A DNA stretch of 63,868 bases. It comes from Felis catus (lineage: Eukaryota). Within the stretch, counting starts at the first letter, position 1, and each line of letters begins with the position of its first letter. Position numbers and translations under genes: made by a program. Location: the NCBI RefSeq assembly GCF_018350175.1, contig NC_058370.1:72292001-72355868 (forward strand), written 5' to 3'. Shown here piece by piece: positions 1 through 12,012 of this stretch. The notes beneath the pieces were generated by a model. It had not been told where the DNA came from, did no database searches, and saw only the letters and a program-made list of their open reading frames with translations.

Positions 1-564
1 CGCTGGCCAGACAGATCACCATACTTCTCAATCCTTATTTGATTCCTGATTTCCATTACAGGCAGGAAACAGAAGAATTGTTCACCTTCGAAAGGTCCAT
101 TTAGTGAAAGGGATCTGCCTACTTGCTGATCTTCTTGTTTCAAAAGTCCAAAAAACCACACTGGCTTTAAACGCACAAGGCCAATCCTAGAAATAAAACC
201 CCAAATCCAAGAGTAGTTCAGAACCATTTGTTTTCAACTTATTTTTAATTTAGGGAAGCACATCAGTGTAGCTACTATAGTCCAGGACTCCCTGACGGTG
301 TGGTCTGACCGGAATCCACCCTGTTTGGGGTGAGCAGTGTGTCCCGGATGGCCAGACACTCTGCTAGACTTACCAACCAGTGAGAGTCCCACATCCCCAA
401 ATTCCCTCAGCCCTGGGAAAACTGGTATGGTCACATCATGTTAACAGTCAACCGTCCAGAATCTCTTTCTGGAATCTCTCTTAAGATCTAACAAATCTTA
501 GTAAGAGCAATCTCCTGTTAGTATCTTTCCTATGAGTTCATAGGAAATGATAGGGATCAATAGA

Positions 565-1022
565 TATACCAGTTGACTAGGGCTGCCATAACAAATCACC
601 ACATTGGGTGGCTTAAAGCAGCAGAAATGTACTCTCTCACAGTTCTGGAAACCAGAGTTTGAAATTAAGGTGTAAGTAGGGTCATTTTCCCTCCAAAGTC
701 TCCAGGGTATAATTCTTTCTTGTCTCTTCCAGCTTCTGGTGACAGCCAGCAATCCTTGATGTTCCCTGGCCTGTGGCAGTACAATTCCAGTCTCCACCTC
801 TGTCTTCACATGGCCATCTTCTTTGTGTGTCTCTATGTGTCTCTCCTTGTCTCATAAGGATACCAGTCATATTGGGTTTCAGGCCCATCCTTATCCAGTA
901 TGACCTCATTTTTAACTGATTACACCTACAAAGACCCTGTTTCCAAATAAGCTCACATTCACAAATACCAGGGATTAGGGCTTCAACAAATCTTTTTAGG
1001 GAACACAATTCAACCCATAATA
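565..1022 (-). mobile_element. MaLR solo LTR, MLT1 family (MLT1B/C/D-like)
   Basis: Hallmark MLT1 motifs 'ggctgccataacaaa..caca..gggtggcttaaa..cagaaatgtactctctcacagttctgga' through to 'acacaattcaacccataa'. ORFs 498..809 and 682..1110 are spurious MLT1 translations. Confidence 0.85.
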
Positions 1023-3499
1023 GTGGGTTACCCCTATCTTCATGAGGATCATGTGGAGGGATGTTATAAAAGAAAGAAAGAAACCCGAATTCCCCTTCCA
1101 CTCTCTTCACTACAATAAATTAAATTCTAATACCTGGGGGAAGTTTGGGCACCAGTATATTTTTTAACTCCCCAGGTAATTCTCAAATGTAGCCAGTGGC
1201 AATGGTCCTTCACACCCTTAAGGAATGGTATTTGTGGCTAAACACAAGAACCACTCAAAATGACTTTAACTATGATTTCTCTTCTCCAAAATCTGCCCCC
1301 TCCAAGCCTAAAGTAATTTCAAGAGGGAATTCAAACTTGTGGTTCCCTCCTAGATTTTGAATTGACAGTAAAAATGTATATTTTAAAAATGGTAAGAAAG
1401 CTCTCAACAATTTATTTCACCCAAGAGAAACAGTATCTGGCAGTTCAATCTCTAAAGTCAACATTTCTTTAATATAAAGTTAATTTAGATATATATTTGA
1501 CTGTTTTTACTGACCTGAAACTTGTGTTAGAGCCAAAGATTTTCATGTTGTTCATTCTGGGGATACTAATAAATATTTCTAACCAGAGAAAACTGTGTGA
1601 CCTTTTCGAGGTGAGTATCAACCAAGAATACAAAATTTCTCACAATAAATTATTTGGAAGAAAAAAATTCTTGACTTAGATGGGTGAGGTTTTTTTCTCC
1701 TGGGTTTTCACATTGTTTTGTGCTCCTCTCCCTGCTTACCCTGGAGTTAGAAAAATATTGCTTGTTATTTGGATTCCCCCCTCGGGACATCAGGTTTTGC
1801 TCTTTTTTTAATTTCCATGTTTCAAGAAACAGCATTTTCTGAAGAATATTCAGGCTGAGATGACCGGCAGGGGGCCTCTGAGATCCTACAGCACACTGGA
1901 TGAGTCAGGGGGACCAAGCGGGAATGAGTGGAGGTGTTCCTTTGGGCGAAGAAGGCAAAGCTTCTCTGTTGCACACTCACCTTACTTCCTTTCTCTGGGC
2001 TCTGAGCATCCTCACACCCACAGTGCATTTATCAAGGCACTTTTCTTTCCTGCCAGGTCTGTAAGGGGAAAGATTCGCTTCTCCCTCCCAAGGTGTCAAC
2101 CTTCATTGTTATTGATGCCTACAAGCCTGCAATTACTTGATGAAGCTAATGGGTGAAAGCACTTAAAGGGCTATGCTTTGTGGTTCCATTGTCATAATCC
2201 ATGTAAAACAAACCAGATCCAACACAGCCTGACAGGCTTTCAGCCTATTATTATTTGGGGCTTATTTAAATTACAGGTTTGACTAAATTTATAATTTGGC
2301 CATTGCACTTAGCACATACTCCTTTTCTTTAAAACTAGCTCCAAGAGAGACATTTACAAAATTCTTATCTCCACACTGTCAGAGGAGAAAAATGTCAAGT
2401 GGCATGGGTGGCCAGAGGGAGGGGTTGGAAGTGTACATAGAATAGTAAACATAAATACAAATGGAATTTCACAACTAACTAGTTTTTACCACTTTGTCTA
2501 CAGATACAGCGTACATATTCATCCTTGTTTTAACTCCCCTATTAATCCTGCCATAGCGCTGGAGTGTGTGAAAAGCCATCTCCGTATCATCCCTCTTCCC
2601 TTTCTTATCTCTGCCTGATCAGAGAAGCCCTTAACAAAGTGTGAAGCTATCGCATTAAATTTTAATGTTTTGGCTCAGGAGCAAGAACGTCATTTCAGAG
2701 GTCCTCCTTTGAAAAGAGTAGCATCACCCCAAGAGGTCAGCAACATATAAATACTTCTGAGGTAGGTTAGTTTTGTGTTGGACCATTCAACTAATGTTAT
2801 GTTTACACAAATATTTCGTCACTGCAAACATGAAAGCATCTTGCAAGAAAATGAAATCTAACATGTATGTGGTACCTAGTGAATCTGTTTATTCATCTCT
2901 TCACATGATAGCTGCTGAGCACTGAGCCAGAGCCAAACCCAGTACTGAGTACTGGGAATGCAGACACAGTTGGTCACGCAACCAATAAGTACAAGACCCC
3001 GTGATAAATTCTGCGGGAAAACTGATACCATCCCCCCGCACAGGGTATGGGTTACCTCACATACACCCTAGAGTATAATACAGAAACAATTAACCAGGCA
3101 GAACAAATATGGTTCCCTGGGAGAGTATTGCTTCTTACTGAAACCAGACTTGACAAAGGGCTCGAGAAGCCCACTAGGAGGGTAGACCCTGGACAGGGCA
3201 TAGATTAAAGATGGGGGCACACAGAGTTTCTGGCAGCACTCCATGCTGCCTCTGGGCCATGCCTGGGGGGAGAGGCAGGCCCACCTTGGAGAGAAGACTG
3301 CTCCCCGACACAGATGCATGCATCCCCCAAGGGAGGGGACACTCCACTCAAACACTACAAGCAAATCGAGTTGGAATCTGGCATAATTTCCCCAAACATG
3401 AGGCCAGAAGAGGACAAATGCAAGTGTCCCATGCCACTTGCGACTGATTGTTCCATGACCCTAACCCCCCTCCTCCCCAGATTCTTACTTCACTATCCA

Positions 3500-3900
3500 G
3501 ACTAGTCGGGCATCAGCAGCAGGAAAGCCACTTTTTAGAGGTATAAACAGAGGGATCTATTTGCTTCACGTTGCAGGGACTTCGGGTAGGCGGCCAGGGC
3601 TGATGCAGTGGCTCCACGATGCTTCCAGAAATGCTGGATCTTTCTGTTTCCTAAGCTTATTGGCTGTCATCTTCATGTCTGTCCCTTTACGGTTGCCAGC
3701 AAGAGGCTTCACACTCATCCCAGACCTCAGGTTCACATTCCAGACAGGAAGTAGTCCACAGAGGTGAGAGACAATAAATAAAGCAGCTTCTGAAAAGAAA
3801 GAAGCAGAGACCAAAGGGGGTGCCCCCAGCACAGGTTCTCAGCCTCCCAAATCTCCAAATCTCCCAAATATTCAGCAACTAAATTCCTAGCCACTCATTC
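3500..3900 (-). mobile_element. Old MaLR LTR fragment (MLT1J/K-like)
   Basis: Degenerate motifs 'ggccagggctgatgcagtggctccacgatgc', 'tcacattccagacaggaag'. Highly diverged, boundaries approximate. Confidence 0.45.
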
Positions 3901-4104
3901 CTGACAACAGCCAGTATCCCATAATAAATGTGTTTCATTCTCTTCTGTCTTGTTTATACTAGCTCAAGCCCATTTCTATTACTTGCAAAATTAAAAAAAA
4001 ATAAAGGCCAGTCTAATGCATCTATGAGGACAGATTCAGCTGTTAAAGCATAAATATCTCAGAGGTTACATGGCTTTTCAACTTTTATGTTGGAGGCTCA
4101 TTTT

Positions 4105-4210
4105 CAAATATTTAAATATATTATATTTAATTATATACATAATTATGCATATATGTATAATTATATAAATATATTTACATGTTTAAATACATGTATATAA
4201 ATATATACAT
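4105..4210. repeat. AT-rich low-complexity (TA)n-like tract (mirrored at ~6762-6867)
   Basis: 'atttaaatatattatatttaattatatacataattatgcatatatgtataattatataaatat...'. Confidence 0.85.
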
Positions 4211-4224
4211 TGATGGCTTACACA

Positions 4225-4435
4225 ACAATAATAGGAATGGAGCTCCTGTTTATTGAACACATGCTACACTGCAGACACTGTTTGGGGCATTTTACATTCA
4301 TTCGTATCATCTCACTCAGTCCTGACAAGTAAATGTCCTTGTACATAAGGACATTGACTGTCAGAGGAGTAGCTTTCCTGAGACTGTGCAGCTGGTAATG
4401 ATCCAAAACTAGATTGGTCTGACTCCAGAGCTCAG
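4225..4435 (-). mobile_element. MIR SINE (mirrored at ~6537-6747, + strand)
   Basis: MIR-like order of motifs: 'tttattgaacac..', 'gactgtcagaggagtagctttcctgagactgtgcagctggtaa', 'gtctgactccagagctc'. Confidence 0.6.
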
Positions 4436-4767
4436 TCTAAGGCTGCTAAGGCTATTTCAAAGTGTGATCTNNNNNNNNNNNNNNNNNNNNNNNNNNNNNN
4501 NNNNNNNNNNNNNNNNNNNNNNNNNNNNNNNNNNNNNNNNNNNNNNNNNNNNNNNNNNNNNNNNNNNNNNNNNNNNNNNNNNNNNNNNNNNNNNNNNNNN
4601 NNNNNAAATATTTACCCAAAGGATACAAAAATACTGATTCAAGGAGGTACAGGATCCCTGATGTGTATAGCAGCATTATCAACAATAGCCAAATTATGGA
4701 AAGAGCCCAAATGCCCACTGGTTGATGAATGGATAAAGAAGATGTGGGGGGGGGGGGGAGGGGGGGA

Positions 4768-4975
4768 GGGGCACCTGGGTGGTTCAGCCAGTTAAGCATC
4801 CGACTCTAGCTCGGGTCATGATCTCACCGTTTGTGAGTTCGAGCCCTGCATCCGGCTCTGTGCTGACAGCTCAGAGCATGGAACCTGCTTTAGATTCTGT
4901 GTCTCCCTCTCTCTCTGCCCCTCCTCCACTCGAACTCTGCACCTCTCTCTCTCTCTCAAAAATAAACATTAATAA
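4768..4975 (+). mobile_element. CAN-SINE (feliform SINEC type)
   Basis: 'ggggcacctgggtggttcag..gtcatgatctcac..ctctgtgctgacagctcagagc', (CT)n and 'aaaataaacatt' tail. Confidence 0.95.
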
Positions 4976-4981
4976 GGTGTT

Positions 4982-5300
4982 ATGGAGGGTATTATGCTGA
5001 GTGAAATAAGTCAGAGAAGGACAGATATCATATGTTTTCACTCATATGTGGAACTTGAGAAACTTAACAGAAGTTCATGGGGGAAGGGAAGGGGGAAAAA
5101 TAGGGTACAAACAGAGAGGGAGAGAGGCAAACCACAAGAGACTCTTAAATACAGAGAACAAACTGAGGGTTGATGAGGGGGGAAGGGGAAAATGGGTAAT
5201 GGGCATTGAGGAGGGCACTTGTTGGGATGAGCACTGGGTGTTGTATGTAAGCCCATATGACAATAAATTATATTAAATTTTTTTTAAGAAAAAAAGAAAA
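4982..5300 (+). mobile_element. Second, 5'-truncated felid-type L1 3' end
   Basis: 'gagggtattatgctgagtgaaataagtcag..gatgagcactgggtgttgtatgtaagc..gacaataaattatattaaa' plus A tail. Matches the L1 3'UTR at 50150-50520. Confidence 0.9.
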
Positions 5301-5939
5301 AAAAGATGTAGTAAATAGAATATTACTCAGTCATCAAAAAGAGTGAAATCTTGCCATTTGCAATGACATGGCTGGAGCTAGAGGGTATTATGTTAAGCAA
5401 AATAAGTCAGTCAGAGAAAGGCATACACTATGATTTCACTCATATGTGGAATTTAAGAAACAAAACAGATGAACATAGGGGGAGGGGAAAAAAGACATTA
5501 AAGCAAACCATAAGAGACTCTTAACAATAGAGAACAAACAGAGTTGGTGGAGGGGAGGTTGGTGGGAGATGGGCTAAATGGGTGATGAGTTTTAAGGAGG
5601 GCACTTACTCTGTTGAGCCCTGCGGGTTATATGTAAGTGATGAATCACTAAATCCTACTCCTAAAGCAAATATTATTCTATTATATATTAACTAACTAGA
5701 ATTTAAATAAAAATTTGAAAGGAAAAAAAGGGTGATCTGAGAACCATCTTTATTAAATTCGCATGTAGTATTGCTAAAAATTCCACTTCCTAAGTTCTTT
5801 TTTAAACAGACTGAATTAGACTCTCTGCAGTTGAGACTAGAGGTTAGAGGTCAGGAATTTGCCATTTAAATAAGTTTCTTGGGTAATTCTTCTCCATGCA
5901 GTGGGTTGGAAACCTGAGGAGCTTCATGGGTGAAATCTG

Positions 5940-7334
5940 AAACTAGCCCCTATCCACAGAAGACAAAGAGAGACCAAAGAAAGAGGCATACCACGCCAAA
6001 TTGAGGGGTAGCAGGGAACTGCAAGGGAACTTCATAAGCAAGGGAACTCACTAACAAGGCTTGTCTTGGTGGCTGCAGGACAAGTAGATCTTGGCACCTG
6101 CCCACTAGAATCTTAAGAATGTATATACAGAGGCCTTACAAACGGTGAGATCATGACCCGAGCTAGAGTCGGATGCTTAACTGGCTGAACCACCCAGGTG
6201 CCCCTCCCCCCCCCCCCCCCCCCCCCACATCTTCTTTATCCATTCATCAACCAGTGGGCATTTGGGCTCTTTCCATAATTTGGCTATTGTTGATAATGCT
6301 GCTATACACATCAGGGATCCTGTACCTCCTTGAATCAGTATTTTTGTATCCTTTGGGTAAATATTTNNNNNNNNNNNNNNNNNNNNNNNNNNNNNNNNNN
6401 NNNNNNNNNNNNNNNNNNNNNNNNNNNNNNNNNNNNNNNNNNNNNNNNNNNNNNNNNNNNNNNNNNNNNNNNNNNNNNNNNNNNNNNNNNNNNNNNNNNN
6501 NAGATCACACTTTGAAATAGCCTTAGCAGCCTTAGACTGAGCTCTGGAGTCAGACCAATCTAGTTTTGGATCATTACCAGCTGCACAGTCTCAGGAAAGC
6601 TACTCCTCTGACAGTCAATGTCCTTATGTACAAGGACATTTACTTGTCAGGACTGAGTGAGATGATACGAATGAATGTAAAATGCCCCAAACAGTGTCTG
6701 CAGTGTAGCATGTGTTCAATAAACAGGAGCTCCATTCCTATTATTGTTGTGTAAGCCATCAATGTATATATTTATATACATGTATTTAAACATGTAAATA
6801 TATTTATATAATTATACATATATGCATAATTATGTATATAATTAAATATAATATATTTAAATATTTGAAAATGAGCCTCCAACATAAAAGTTGAAAAGCC
6901 ATGTAACCTCTGAGATATTTATGCTTTAACAGCTGAATCTGTCCTCATAGATGCATTAGACTGGCCTTTATTTTTTTTTAATTTTGCAAGTAATAGAAAT
7001 GGGCTTGAGCTAGTATAAACAAGACAGAAGAGAATGAAACACATTTATTATGGGATACTGGCTGTTGTCAGGAATGAGTGGCTAGGAATTTAGTTGCTGA
7101 ATATTTGGGAGATTTGGAGATTTGGGAGGCTGAGAACCTGTGCTGGGGGCACCCCCTTTGGCCTCTCAACAATATCTTACGCTCTCAAAGTTGTATCCTT
7201 GAAATGACTTCAGCTGTGAGCATGGTGGGTAGAACAAACAGCCCAAGGACAGGGAGGGGGTAAGGAGCCTCTGATTGCCCAGGTCTGGGTCACAGGTCAA
7301 CCAGAGGTCATGTCCTCTGATGACCTCCAGCAAC
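5940..7334 (-). mobile_element. ERV-type solo LTR split by inverted-duplication arm B (halves ~5940-6137 and 7162-7334)
   Basis: The left half ends 'cttaagaatgtatatacagaggcctt' (TATA-like on minus). The right half runs 'cctctcaacaatatcttacgctctcaaagttgtatccttgaaa..' to an LTR-like terminus 'gacctccagcaaca'. Family not identified. Confidence 0.55.
6138..7161 (-). repeat. Inverted duplication, arm B (1,024 bp; inserted copy)
   Basis: Begins mid-SINE ('acaaacggtgagatcatgacccgagc') and ends 'gcaccccctttgg'. Contains the same 135-N block (6367-6501 vs 4471-4605). One mismatch seen, in the poly-G/C tract (4759 vs 6213). Confidence 0.97.
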
Positions 7335-7448
7335 ACATGCTAAAGCCTGAAAGACACAGCCTGTCCTCTTAGAGGCTCTCCTTCGGTTAGCATGGTTACC
7401 TCTCCCGTGACTAGTGCCTGCCAGCATTTTTCACTGGAGTCAGTAGAA

Positions 7449-8124
7449 TCATAAGGACAAATGAAAATTAAAAATAAGAAGCTTAATTCTCCCTGTGGAA
7501 ATAAAAGAGGAAATTTCTCCCACCTCCTTTTTCTTCATTTGCTTTAGAAAACTCACAATGGTAAGTACTTTCTCCTCTCTTTGAAACGTACAAAATCCTT
7601 TTGAAAACCAGATAGGCCTCTTGTCAGCTTTGGGATCCAGGAATGGATCTCTTTGAAAGGTAACTATCTAGGGAAATAGCACCCCAGCCCCCAGTTTTGG
7701 AGGGAAGGTAGGAGCTTAACTTAGGTGGGTGCCTTGCTCCAATTTGCAAAACTACTTCCTGTCATAATGATAAGAGGTTTGTTTTCCTCTGAATAAAGCC
7801 AAAAGCTAACACAGACAGTCACCCGAGCCACTGGTTAAAGTTAGGATGAGCTGTTTGTGTGACAAATGGCACCATCAAGTCCTCCTACTTGAGGACTGGT
7901 TACTGTTCATCTGGAATATGTATATGTTGGCTTGTATCTGCTTGGCCAAATCAGGGAGTGAGATACCTTTCTCCCTGTGCAGTGTTCTAAGTACCTCCTG
8001 TGAGGTGTATCACATTCTCATCAATGCTTGTTCAATAACAAAACTCTTTTCTCTCTATACTACTATTGTGGAGAGGATTTCTGGGTTCTGAGATAATTTG
8101 GTTTTTAATTATATTTCCCCAACA
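7449..8124 (+). mobile_element. ERV1 solo LTR (MER34-like)
   Basis: Ends 'ttttaattatatttccccaaca' with a loosely inverted 5' terminus. Flanking direct repeat gtagaa (7443-7448, 8125-8130). MER34-like motifs 'aaactacttcctgtcataatgataagag..aaagccaaaagctaacacaga'. Confidence 0.75.
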
Positions 8125-9480
8125 GTAGAAACGTTCCTACTTTGCAAGATGTAATTTGAAAAAAAAACAAAAAACAAAAAACAAACAAACAAAAAAACTT
8201 AATTCCTCCGAAATCAGCTCAGTAGGAAAAATCCCTGAGAAAATGGTATTATTCAGGGCCATATCAGGGGGAAAGATAACAACAGAAAGTGCCACCCCCA
8301 ACAAAGACCCGCCTCAATGTCTTCATCTGTGAACTGGGATGCCCTCACAACAAAACCACATGACAGCTGAACACACTTCCCCACAGAAGCTTCCTGTGAA
8401 AGTGATTATCCACGAAAAGGTCAAGTTAAAATGATTCTGGAAACCACACTTGTAAAAAGCTCATTTCAGGAAATAACATACAATAGAAATAAGATAATCG
8501 AGTCTAGAAAGGTTAAAACTGACAATTTCCACCCACAACATCCTCTCCCACAAAGCCCCCCGGGGCCGACTTTCCTGTGAAAGCTGAATAGGCCTGCACT
8601 CCCTGTAAGAGCTCCAGCAGCAGGTCAGGGACAGTAAACCCTCCCCACAAGGAACTGAAGGGAGGTTGAGGCAGAGACACAAAGGTTCCCCCCGGGGAAA
8701 TAAGTCAGTTCCCTTGGAGATGGAAACACTTATTTCTTCTGGAATTGCAGAAAGATTTCTTCCTTCTGCCATTCTGGGGTTTTTGCCAGCAAGGCAGATA
8801 AGGGAAAACTTAGCTGAAGGAATTGAGGGAAAGGAGAGTCAAGAAGATATTAGAGTTTTTGTTTCTTCGGGATTTGGTTTTGTGGTTTGGTTTTTTTTTG
8901 TTTTTTTTTTTTTATCTTTTAGTCATTTTGTTTCCATTATTTCCCTCACATTAAATTAAAAACTCCTAAACCTCTAAGCATGTGAGGAAGGAAGGAAGGA
9001 AACAGCACCTACTTCATTTTTCATTTAAAATTACCTGCAGCCAAAGCAATGCATAAATTCCATGTTTCTTAATGCTTTCTATTAAATGTATGAAAGACAT
9101 AACAATAATCAAAACTTCTTTCTAAAAATCCTGAGTTCGCATTTTCACTCACTAGTGAGTCAGTTAAAGCATAAATGCTGAAGGAAAACTTCCTCTATGA
9201 TTTTCAACCTAAGACTGGATCGCTTGCCTGGAAATTCTCCCAAATCCTTCACTCATTTCTAATTTAACTGTAGGGTCTGGGCCTTTGTCATTGAGTGTAA
9301 GGGTGACAGCTCACCTTAGATTTCAATTTAGATGAATGTGCTTTCTGTCCTGAGCAGTGCCCAGTCCCGGCCTCATGTACCATTTGTGGCTATTCCTTCA
9401 TGTCTTACAGCTGACTCTAAAGGGAACAACACAATCAAACTGTCCATCCCCCTCTCAGGACATCAATAATGGGGCCACAC

Positions 9481-9698
9481 GGGGGCGTTTGGGTGGCACA
9501 GTGGATAAAGCTTCCAACTTCGGCTCAGGTCATGATCTCACAGTTCGTGAGTTGGAGCCCCACATCGGGCTCTGTGCTGACAGCTCCAAGCCTGGGGCCT
9601 GCTTCGGATTCTGTGTCTCCCTCTCTCTCTGCCCCTTCCCTGCTCACGCTCTCTCTCTGTCTCTCAAAAACAAATAAACCTTAAAAAATAAAAATAGT
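9481..9698 (+). mobile_element. CAN-SINE (feliform)
   Basis: Full SINEC body. TSD 'aataatgggg(c/t)aca' on both sides. Confidence 0.95.
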
Positions 9699-9981
9699 AA
9701 TAATGGGGCTACATGGACTTTTGGAATATAATTGCAAGCCTCAGTCAGAGGCCAATAATATTCTTTATCCACTAGATAGAAAAATAAAGGACTTGTTACA
9801 TAAAACTCCTTTGGCTGAGTTCACTAGGCTGCCCCTAAAATCTGGACTGAAAAAATAGACATGAAAGGAGTCAAGCTTAGCAATCCTGCCTGGGTCATGA
9901 GAAGACTTTCCTTCATACCCAATGCATGGCCCACCCCCACTCTGGAAAGGTAATGAAAACACTAAGTCAAGGTAAGCTTTC

Positions 9982-10193
9982 AGGGTGGCTGGGTGATTCA
10001 GTCAGTTGATTGTTTGACTCTTGATTTCTGCTCAGGTCATGATCTCATTGTTCGTGGGTTCAAGCCCTGTGTCAGACTCTGCCCTGACAGTGCAGAGCTT
10101 ACTTGGGATTCTCTCTCTCCATGTCTCTCTGCCCCTCCCATGCACTCTCTCTCTCTCAATAATGAATGAATAAACTCAAAAAAAAAAAAAAAA
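9982..10193 (+). mobile_element. CAN-SINE
   Basis: SINEC body with poly-A. TSD 'taagctttc'. Confidence 0.93.
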
Positions 10194-11007
10194 GTTAAGC
10201 TTTCTGTCAAAAAGCCAACCATCACACATCAGATGGCAGCTCTTGTCTGCACTAATGCAAGTGTGGTAAAGAGATGTCCCTTGGAAGGGCATAGGGAAAA
10301 ACTGTCTTCAGGATTAGCTGTCTTACCCCAACCTCCCTACAAGTACCTCCAGGATCCACTCTCCAAAACAGGTCTACAAACCAACTGATTATTGCTATGG
10401 TGTGGAGGGCATTCTAGGACAAGACATAGGACATAAGACAAGGCTGAAATAAGAAGTCAATGTGTAGACACTCTACTTACCTGCCACAAATGATAAAAAC
10501 TCCCACTCAGCTGGGTAGAACTGTGATACTAACTTTAAATCCTTTCATCAGGCATCATTTCTGGATCTCTAATGTACAGGGTTTGGAGATTTGTTTTGGT
10601 TTTCGTTTTAAATACAAAGAGGCTCTGTTGGCTGAAATAGTCATCTACTACTGACAGCCCACTTTCCCCTCTATTATCAGCCCAAAAAGGTGTGCATGGC
10701 TGTGACAAGCAGAAAAACTACTGTTTGCTCTGCAACCATCAAAAGGTTTTGGAACCCAGCTTAGAGGGAGGGTGGGGAATGAGGGAAGCCAATTGGCCTC
10801 CATGTGGGAGTGAAATGGAGGAGGTAGTGCCCCTGAAAGGATGCAAGCTACAGCATGAGAACATCCCCCCACTTACAAGGTAGGTGTTCGTGGTTCCCGC
10901 TGTGCTCCGAGTCACAATGAGAATGATACTGAGACAGAAGTCCTCTTAAGCGCTGTCTGCCAGCCTGCTCCATGTGGCTCCTGATGGTAAAACAATGGGG
11001 AAAACGG

Positions 11008-12012
11008 ACTGTAGGGCACACTTGATTAGTTGCCTAACCAGTATCTATTCCCTCCTCTTGCTAATAAAACTTTAATGTTGATTGAGGTGAAAATATGACC
11101 CATCTCAGGAAATGAATTTTGACTGGTGCAGATCAGTCATGACCACGCCACTGCCCACTTAACCAGACATTCATGCATTAAGAGGGAGCCATGTGACCCA
11201 GTCCTTGTAATGACAGGTTGAGGGAAGTCAGGCAGGGGCTTTGAGGGAAGCTTTACTTTCCTAATAGAGAAAGATCTGTTTGGCATTATCTTTTTCTTCC
11301 CCTTTTCTTCCTGCCTTGAACATAGATGTGATGCCAGGAGTTGGGACATCTCACTACCATGAAAAAAAAAAAAAAAAAAAAAAGGCCAAGAGAATCAGAG
11401 ATGCCAGTGCAACAGGGAGAAACTTAGCATGTCTGACTCCATATTGCTTCTATTTCCCTCTCTGCTGTGATCTATTGTTTAGAAACTTCTGCTTAGCCCA
11501 GTACATAGGCATTTTACAGCTAAGATTTGCAAAACCTGCTTTTTATCTGAAATCTACCTCACCCAAGGAGATATGGAAGTACATACAAAAATGACTATGC
11601 TATGTTTAAGATTTATAGGAAGAACATGACCAGATTTCTATACACAAAGATCAATTGACCAAGGACAAAGAAGTATACAATCTTCCTTGGATGTCTACCT
11701 TGCCAGCCACCTTTTGACTGGCACCTTTTGACTACCCCTCCTGCTTCCCCAGGAAGCTCAAATAAAAGCTCAAATCTTATGCTGGGAGCAATGGTTCTTT
11801 GGGGCTGCATTTCCAAATAAAGTTGCTTTCCTGACCCTGCCTCTTGCCTTTCAACTTATTGGACTGTTCTGTGGTGAGCAGAATGAGCTTAGACTCAAGT
11901 TATACCAGGTCTAATATTATTGAGCCACTGAACTAATAATGTCAACTTGTTACATGAGAAAACTAAGCCTGTAGTTCGGGTTTCTGTTGTTCACAGTAGA
12001 AATCATACCTGA
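11008..12012 (+). mobile_element. Old MaLR LTR (MLT1J/K-like), split by an ERV LTR at 11408-11904
   Basis: 'catgtgacccagtcc', 'agggaagtcaggcaggggcttt', and the 3' part 'ttgagccactgaac..gggtttctgttgttcacag'. Confidence 0.6.
11408..11904 (+). mobile_element. ERV solo LTR (carnivore ERV1-like)
   Basis: Starts 'tgcaacagggagaaa..tgactccatattg'. TATA/polyA-like aataaa at 11761 and 11816. Ends 'gagcttagactcaagttata'. 4-bp flanking repeat ccag. Confidence 0.7.

Larger units (their letters stand above)
3811..4834 (+). repeat. Inverted duplication, arm A (1,024 bp; donor copy)
   Basis: Reverse complement of 6138-7161. Paired positions sum to 10972 at both ends and at both N-block edges, so there is no net indel. 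The ORF track gives mirror translations (4452..4799- vs 6173..6520+; 4218..4406- vs 6566..6754+). Confidence 0.97.
4606..5730 (+). mobile_element. Carnivore L1 3' fragment (ORF2 C-terminus plus 3'UTR), interrupted at 4746-5302 by a SINE and a second L1 3' end
   Basis: 'cagcattatcaacaatagccaaattatggaaagagcccaaatgccc..tgatgaatggataaagaagatgt' resumes at 5303 with 'aagatgt..tattactcagtcatcaaaaagagtgaaatcttgccatttgca' and ends 'gaatttaaataaaaatttgaaa'. Confidence 0.9.

Noticed and set aside
265-434. hAT-Blackjack (MER94/MER81-like) fossil
   Set aside because: Only the 'ggtcac' end and 'gtcccgg' motifs are suggestive. Too degenerate to call by eye.
4105-4210. miRNA-like hairpin or MITE
   Set aside because: The self-complementarity follows from (TA)-rich low complexity. 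No TIR or TSD is evident.
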